Shown one piece after another: positions 59,110 through 64,000 of a stretch of DNA of 64,000 nucleotides. Every line of letters begins with the position of its first letter. The stretch's first letter is position 1. The notes below the pieces were generated by a model that made no database searches, was not told the origin of the DNA, and was given only the letters and a program-made list of their open reading frames with translations. The stretch is from Phycisphaerales bacterium. GTDB lineage: Bacteria > Planctomycetota > Phycisphaerae > Sedimentisphaerales > Anaerobacaceae. Position numbers and translations under genes: made by a program. The stretch is from the NCBI GenBank assembly GCA_003170415.1, contig PMZJ01000041.1, forward strand, positions 22,520-86,519, in the 5' to 3' direction.

Positions 59110-59776
59110 AGATGACCCCACGATGCTGCGGGGTCTCAAAGACAACTTTGAGTTCAAGGGCTACAAGGTGCTGACCGCCTCCGATGGCGAAAAAGGCCTC
59201 GAATCTGCCCTTAACGCCAAACCCGATTTGATACTCCTCGACATTATGCTCCCTAAAATCAACGGCTACGAAATATGCCGGCTGATTCGTGAAACGAAAC
59301 TCCGGATGCCGATTATTATGCTGACCGCCAAAGGCGAAGAATCGGATATCGTGCTGGGCCTCAACCTCGGCGCAGACGACTATGTCACCAAGCCATTTAG
59401 TATTAAAGAGCTTCTCGCCCGTTCCGCCGCCTTTTTACGGCGCGCAAAAAAAGAAGTCCAGGATATCCACGAATTCGGCTGCTACCGCCTCGACATATCC
59501 GCAAGACGGCTGACGCGGAAAGGAAAGGAAATCGAGTTGTCGCCCAAAGAGTTCGACCTTCTCGAATTTTTTGTTACAAAGGCGGGCCGTGCGCTTACCC
59601 GCGATGAGATATTAAACGCCGTATGGGGATATGATTGTATCGTTACTCCGCGAAGTATCGACCGATTCGTAACTACGCTGCGTGATAAAATCGAACCAAA
59701 CCCTGCCCGGCCCGTTTTCATTCACACCATAAGGCAAATCGGCTACAGATTCGAACCTCCTGAATCAAAACACTGA
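59087..59776 (+). CDS. OmpR-family response regulator
   Basis: IIEDD, LLDIMLP, GADDYVTKPF, winged-helix TIRQIGYRF. Confidence 0.95.
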   Translation: METVLIIEDDPTMLRGLKDNFEFKGYKVLTASDGEKGLESALNAKPDLILLDIMLPKINGYEICRLIRETKLRMPIIMLTAKGEESDIVLGLNLGADDYVTKPFSIKELLARSAAFLRRAKKEVQDIHEFGCYRLDISARRLTRKGKEIELSPKEFDLLEFFVTKAGRALTRDEILNAVWGYDCIVTPRSIDRFVTTLRDKIEPNPARPVFIHTIRQIGYRFEPPESKH

Positions 59777-59926
59777 CGCTTTTCGGCAGTAAAATTTCTG
59801 TTGTTTTTATAGGTTTTTGCTGTGCAAGATGTTATGCTTGTACGGCATCGGTCTATGGATGACCGATGGTTATGCGTTCGAATCGTATCAGACGATATTT
59901 TTTCCCGCGGATAAACTGGAGAAATC

Positions 59927-61027
59927 ATGCCCGATTTCGTTACAGGCGTTGTTAAAAGAACTTCCAAAGGCAGTTTCGTTTTGCGTGATGCGGCTCGTTC
60001 ATTCAGGCCCGCAGGCCGTGAAGTGGTTGTGCCCCCATCGCTGATGCGTAAATGCGGTCTTGTCGAAGGCGCGGTGGTCACCGGCTCAGCCCGCATCGAC
60101 AGGGGGTTTGCCCTGCTTGAAAATGTCGAATCCGTCTGCGGCCTTACCGTCGAGGAATTCAAAAAGCGCACCCCCTATCAGCAGCTTACCGCGGTGTCCC
60201 CCTATCAGCGGTTCGACCTTGAAAAATGCGGCGAGCTTTCGATGCGCATCGTTGACCTTGTCGCCCCTATGGGCAAAGGCACCCGCGGCCTCATCGTCTC
60301 GCCCCCAAAGGCCGGCAAAACAACCCTTCTCGCCCAGCTCGCCAAAGGCATCCTCGCCGACGACCCCAAGGCCCACATTATCATTCTGCTCATCGACGAG
60401 CGGCCAGAAGAAGTTACCCAGTTAAAACGAGGCATCCCCGGCGCAACGGTTGTCGCATCCTCAATCGACCAGACCATCGACGACCATGTTGAGCTGGCCG
60501 AAATTCTTCTGGCGTATATCAAAATACAGCTTGAATGCGGCCGGGATATTGTCGTCCTTGTCGATTCTATCACCCGCATGGGCCGCGCGTTCAATCGCAA
60601 AGGTACAGGCACAGGCCGAATGATGTCAGGCGGCCTTGAGGCGGGCGTTCTTGAAATTCCCCGCCGGTTTCTCGGAATGGCCAGAAAAATCGAAAACGGC
60701 GGCTCAGTTACAATCATCGCCACCGCCCTTATCGATACCGGCTCGCGAATGGACCAGCTCATCTTCGAAGAATTCAAAGGCACAGGCAACAGTGAAATCA
60801 TCCTCTCCCGCTCCCTCGCGGAAAGCCGCATTTTCCCTGCTATCGATATCCCCGCCTCCGGCACACGAATGGATGAGCAGCTCTGGGGAAAAGCCGATTG
60901 TAAAAAACTCGCCAACCTCCGCAGGGGCCTCTCCGGCCAAAATCCCGCCGACGCCATCAATACCCTCACTGCCGCACTCCGAAAATACCCCACCAACGCC
61001 GAACTCCTAAAAATTATACCGGGGTAA
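59927..61027 (+). CDS. rho: Transcription termination factor Rho, short form
   Basis: RGLIVSPPKAGKT, LIDERPEEVT, DSITR, EEFKGTGNSE, RIFPAIDI..SGTR. Confidence 0.88.
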   Translation: MPDFVTGVVKRTSKGSFVLRDAARSFRPAGREVVVPPSLMRKCGLVEGAVVTGSARIDRGFALLENVESVCGLTVEEFKKRTPYQQLTAVSPYQRFDLEKCGELSMRIVDLVAPMGKGTRGLIVSPPKAGKTTLLAQLAKGILADDPKAHIIILLIDERPEEVTQLKRGIPGATVVASSIDQTIDDHVELAEILLAYIKIQLECGRDIVVLVDSITRMGRAFNRKGTGTGRMMSGGLEAGVLEIPRRFLGMARKIENGGSVTIIATALIDTGSRMDQLIFEEFKGTGNSEIILSRSLAESRIFPAIDIPASGTRMDEQLWGKADCKKLANLRRGLSGQNPADAINTLTAALRKYPTNAELLKIIPG

Positions 61028-61090
61028 TGTGGGCGGGACGAACCACTAACCACTATCGACTTTCTAATCTCTCGCGCAGCGCGGCAGGGT

Positions 61091-61528
61091 CTATCGTGAT
61101 TTCTTCTCTGCGCCTGTCTTCACAAGATACTTTGTCAAAAAGTCCTCTATCGCCATCACCGTCGCGTTCCTGACCGCCGGCGAGCTCTGTGCGACCCATA
61201 CTGTAAAATTGTAAAGTTCTTTCTCATCGACAGCCAGCCATTTGCCGTTATTGTATAGAAAAACAAACAGCGTCATCATTGCGACTCTTTTGTTGCCGTT
61301 TTGAAATGGATGGTTCTTTATCATCAGGTAAAACAAAATCGCGGCTTTTGCAATAAACGTCGGATACGGCGATTTGCCGCCGAATCTTTGAAATGGGACC
61401 GCCAGACAGCTCTCCAGCGAACCGGGAAAGCGAGTTGAATACTCGGGAATCGGCTCATCAAAACCAAGTTTCTTTTGAGCGAGCCGAAACGCAATACGCT
61501 CAACTTCCTCAAGTGTAATTTCTTTCAC
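61091..61528 (-). CDS. Doc/Fic-family toxin
   Basis: YPT..AKAA.L...IKNHPFQNGNKR. Confidence 0.85.
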   Translation of the reverse strand: MKEITLEEVERIAFRLAQKKLGFDEPIPEYSTRFPGSLESCLAVPFQRFGGKSPYPTFIAKAAILFYLMIKNHPFQNGNKRVAMMTLFVFLYNNGKWLAVDEKELYNFTVWVAQSSPAVRNATVMAIEDFLTKYLVKTGAEKKSR

Positions 61529-61767
61529 TACTCACGCCCCAACAGCCGAAATGTCTCGCCGTATTCCTTGAGTGCCTTGCTAATGGCAGCGTCAAGCCGT
61601 CTTCCGTCTTTTTCGCTGAACGGCTTGGCTCTGAACGGTATTGCATAGTTCCTGCCGATTTTCCTGGCTTTGATTTGCCCTTTTTTGACCTTGCGATAGA
61701 CCGCTATCCTGCTGATGCCCAGAATCTTCGCCATCTGCGGAATTGTCAGATATTCCTGTTTATTCAT
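61528..61767 (-). CDS. Excisionase-type HTH protein with an antitoxin-like C-terminal helix
   Basis: YLTIPQMAKILGISRIAVYRKVKKGQIKARKIG; LKEYGETFRLLG; TAGTG stop/start overlap with doc. Confidence 0.75.
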   Translation of the reverse strand: MNKQEYLTIPQMAKILGISRIAVYRKVKKGQIKARKIGRNYAIPFRAKPFSEKDGRRLDAAISKALKEYGETFRLLGRE

Positions 61768-62063
61768 ATTTATAGTTATCGTCCGTTAACCATTGCACCT
61801 TTAGTTAACCAATGTTAGCCTGATACTATTATGTTAACATAATCCTGTACGCTCTGCAAAGAAAAACACCGGCATTTTATCCACCTTCGGCGCCATCCGA
61901 ATTACGATATACTAACGACTATCAACTAACGACTTTCCTGTATAGGCATTAGCGAAATCTTAAATAGGCAAACTGCCTATGACTCCCTAATTATCGGGTG
62001 GACGATGATTATTATATTGTTCATAACGACCTGGTTATTCGGGTAGGTTTTAAGGAGCATAAA

Positions 62064-62306
62064 ATGTCGTGCTTAGTATTAGAAAGAGACGGGACGGTTG
62101 GGGTCTTCTACAGCATAACAAGCACAATTGATGATAAATTTGGTGATAATGTCCGGCCGGAAACTTCCCCGATGATTGCTTCGCTGACAAAGGTTCGCAG
62201 AAACAAGGTTATCCGGCTTCGCCGGCAGTTCGCACGCGGCACATACGACCTCGATGAGCGGTTGGATGCCGTTCTCGAACGTATTCTTATGGACATTACC
62301 CCTTAG
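62064..62306 (+). CDS. Small protein with an FlgM-like C-terminus
   Basis: AAGGAG RBS; VRRNKVIRLRRQFARGTY. Confidence 0.55.
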   Translation: MSCLVLERDGTVGVFYSITSTIDDKFGDNVRPETSPMIASLTKVRRNKVIRLRRQFARGTYDLDERLDAVLERILMDITP

Positions 62307-62505
62307 GACAATATTTGTCCGTCTTCCGTTTTCGAGCCACGAGCGACGAAATCCGTCCTCCGCCTTCTCCCTTTAAAATATGGCTTCTAAGCAAATAGAG
62401 CCGCAATTTAAGTAATTTGCTTATTACATCAATAAGAATAATCTGCCATATTCAGGCAGTCGAAACCGGTTTGTAATGGTTCGTTATTTTGAAAGGGAAA
62501 CTAAA

Positions 62506-62812
62506 ATGCGAATGCTGATTCATGTCAAAATACCTAATAAGGAATTCAACGCTTATGCCAAAGATGGTTCTGTTGGGCGGAAAATAAAACGCATATTAGA
62601 TGATATCAGGCCCGAGGCCGTGTACTTTACCGAAATATGACGGGCGGCGAGGCGTAATCATCATCGCTGATGTCGCAGGGCCTTCCGCGGTGCCTAAGAT
62701 AGCTGAGCCGTGGTTCCTGGTATTCGACGCGGAAGTGGAATTCCACATCGTTATGTCGCCAGATGACCTTGAAAAAGCAGGCCTCGATAACTTGGCTAAA
62801 AATTGGGCGTAG
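62506..62812 (+). pseudogene. Frameshifted small conserved protein
   Basis: MRML...DIRPEAVYFTE stops at TGA 62638; YDGRRG...IAEPWF...EFHIVM continues in a shifted frame (extra A in GAAA). Confidence 0.7.
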
Positions 62813-63202
62813 ATACATTTGTAATATTTCCAATTGGCTTTAGCGAAGATGGCTTGATGATTTAATGTCTTCTTCGCGGAATCCGCCTGCCTGCACTCGC
62901 ACGTCGTTGGCGGGTGTCCTCTCGGAGCGTAGCGCAGACCCCAGACTTTGATCTGGGGCCCAGGATTGTCTTTTCAACTTTCTACTATCGACTGCTCAAA
63001 TTTCCCGCGAATTGCCTGTCCGCTATACGCTATACGCTGAACGCTGCTTCGTGGTGAATCTTCTTGCCTCCTTCCCATTTTCCCGATATACTCCCATCTT
63101 ATGGCAGGAATCGGCCTGTGGAGAGAATTACACCTTCGACCATCAGCATCGCCGCCCCCTGCCCCTGACCAATAAAAACTTTATAAGAAAAAGGAGTTAT
63201 CA

Positions 63203-64000
63203 ATGTCATTACAAGCCGGTTATGGAGAACGCACTATCAATGAAATAACGCTTTTATTTCGTAATAAACAGATCAACCTTAACCCCGGCTTTCAACGTAA
63301 GTCAGTCTGGAGTCAAATTGATAGGCGTCGCTTGATTCAATCGATTGTTTCTGAATATCCGCTACCGAATATTTTTCTCTACCGAAGAAATGTTAAAGGC
63401 AAGACCGTCTATGATGTTATTGATGGAAAGCAACGACTGGAAACAATTTTGATGTTTATGGGGTTTGGGCAGTTTAAGCGAGAACAATTTGATGTGAGGA
63501 TTGAGTTAGATAATGATGGATTGTGCTGGTGGACATGGAAAGATATTAAAAAATACTCGGATGAAGTAAGACATAAATTCGAATGTTCTCGACTCCAAAC
63601 TGTTGAAGTATCGGGCGAACTATCCGAAATCGTAGATTTATTCGTGCGTATCAATTCGACCGGTAAACGATTAACCTCTGGTGAAAAAAGGCATGCGAGA
63701 TTTTATGAAAGCCGCTTTTTGCAGGAGGCTGAAAAGCTGGTTCGTCGGAATCAGTCATACCTTTTAAAAAACAGTATTATGTCCCAAGCTCAGCTTGGTC
63801 GGATGAAAGGCACAGAACTATTTTCGGAATTGCTAATGTCGATTCACATGGGTGGATTGATTAACAAGAAAACGGCATTAGACCGTGCGATAGGGAATGA
63901 CAGTGTCAATGGTAATACGCTGCGGCATATTTCGAAGGAATTCACAGCTACCATTAATCTTATCAAAAAGATGTATCCAGAATTAAAGCAGACGCGTTTT
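63203..64000 (+). CDS. DUF262 (ParB-like/GmrS-type) domain protein, 3'-truncated by the window end
   Basis: AAGGAG RBS; PGFQRKSVW, YPLPNIFL, VIDGKQRL, FVRINSTGKRL; absent from the ORF track. Confidence 0.88.
   Translation, partial: MSLQAGYGERTINEITLLFRNKQINLNPGFQRKSVWSQIDRRRLIQSIVSEYPLPNIFLYRRNVKGKTVYDVIDGKQRLETILMFMGFGQFKREQFDVRIELDNDGLCWWTWKDIKKYSDEVRHKFECSRLQTVEVSGELSEIVDLFVRINSTGKRLTSGEKRHARFYESRFLQEAEKLVRRNQSYLLKNSIMSQAQLGRMKGTELFSELLMSIHMGGLINKKTALDRAIGNDSVNGNTLRHISKEFTATINLIKKMYPELKQTRF

Noticed and set aside
60205..61053. Long antisense ORFs (also 37981-38823, 30138-30857, 13240-13890)
   Set aside because: They are shadows of well-supported genes on the opposite strand and have no motifs of their own
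62638..62640. TGA readthrough or Sec in the small frameshifted gene
   Set aside because: The protein-like continuation is in a different frame, so this is an indel and not recoding
1..64000. tRNA/rRNA genes, integrase or transposase
   Set aside because: No cloverleaf or T-loop signature, rRNA-like tract or recombinase motif was recognised by eye; tRNAscan-SE and HMM scans would be needed to exclude them

Overview
Gene-dense bacterial chromosomal window. It is inferred to come from a Planctomycetota/Phycisphaerae-type organism, based on PEP-CTERM proteins, a dockerin-like C-terminus, Ala|Phe prepilin sites, DUF1573, and frequent DAN/DPN motifs. Housekeeping genes include murA, arfB, addB-addA, trxB/trxA, scpA, trpS and a short rho. 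The centre is a near-complete type II secretion operon (gspD-E-F-G-H-I-J-K-L-M; no gspC or gspO seen). It is preceded by an FG-GAP/dockerin-like protein, a DUF1573 protein and a tetraheme cytochrome. It is followed by two TMTC-like GT-C/TPR glycosyltransferases that flank two PEP-CTERM genes and an FG-GAP protein. Accessory parts are an AT-rich three-orphan islet (about 9.2-12.3 kb), a CBM9/LamG protein with a two-component system, and a right end carrying an HTH-antitoxin/Doc pair, a frameshifted small gene and a truncated DUF262 gene. The most notable observations are: (1) a GspI-like pseudopilin fused to a lambda gpNu1-like winged-HTH; (2) small covarying palindromic elements and heptamer repeats inserted in frame into proteins, nested in each other, and making up pseudopilin leader peptides; (3) a structured ~160-nt leader upstream of a methyltransferase; (4) a small two-repeat HTH gene that appears to need an ATC start. 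I recognised no tRNA, rRNA, CRISPR array, integrase or transposase. All product calls come from motif recognition by eye, not database searches.
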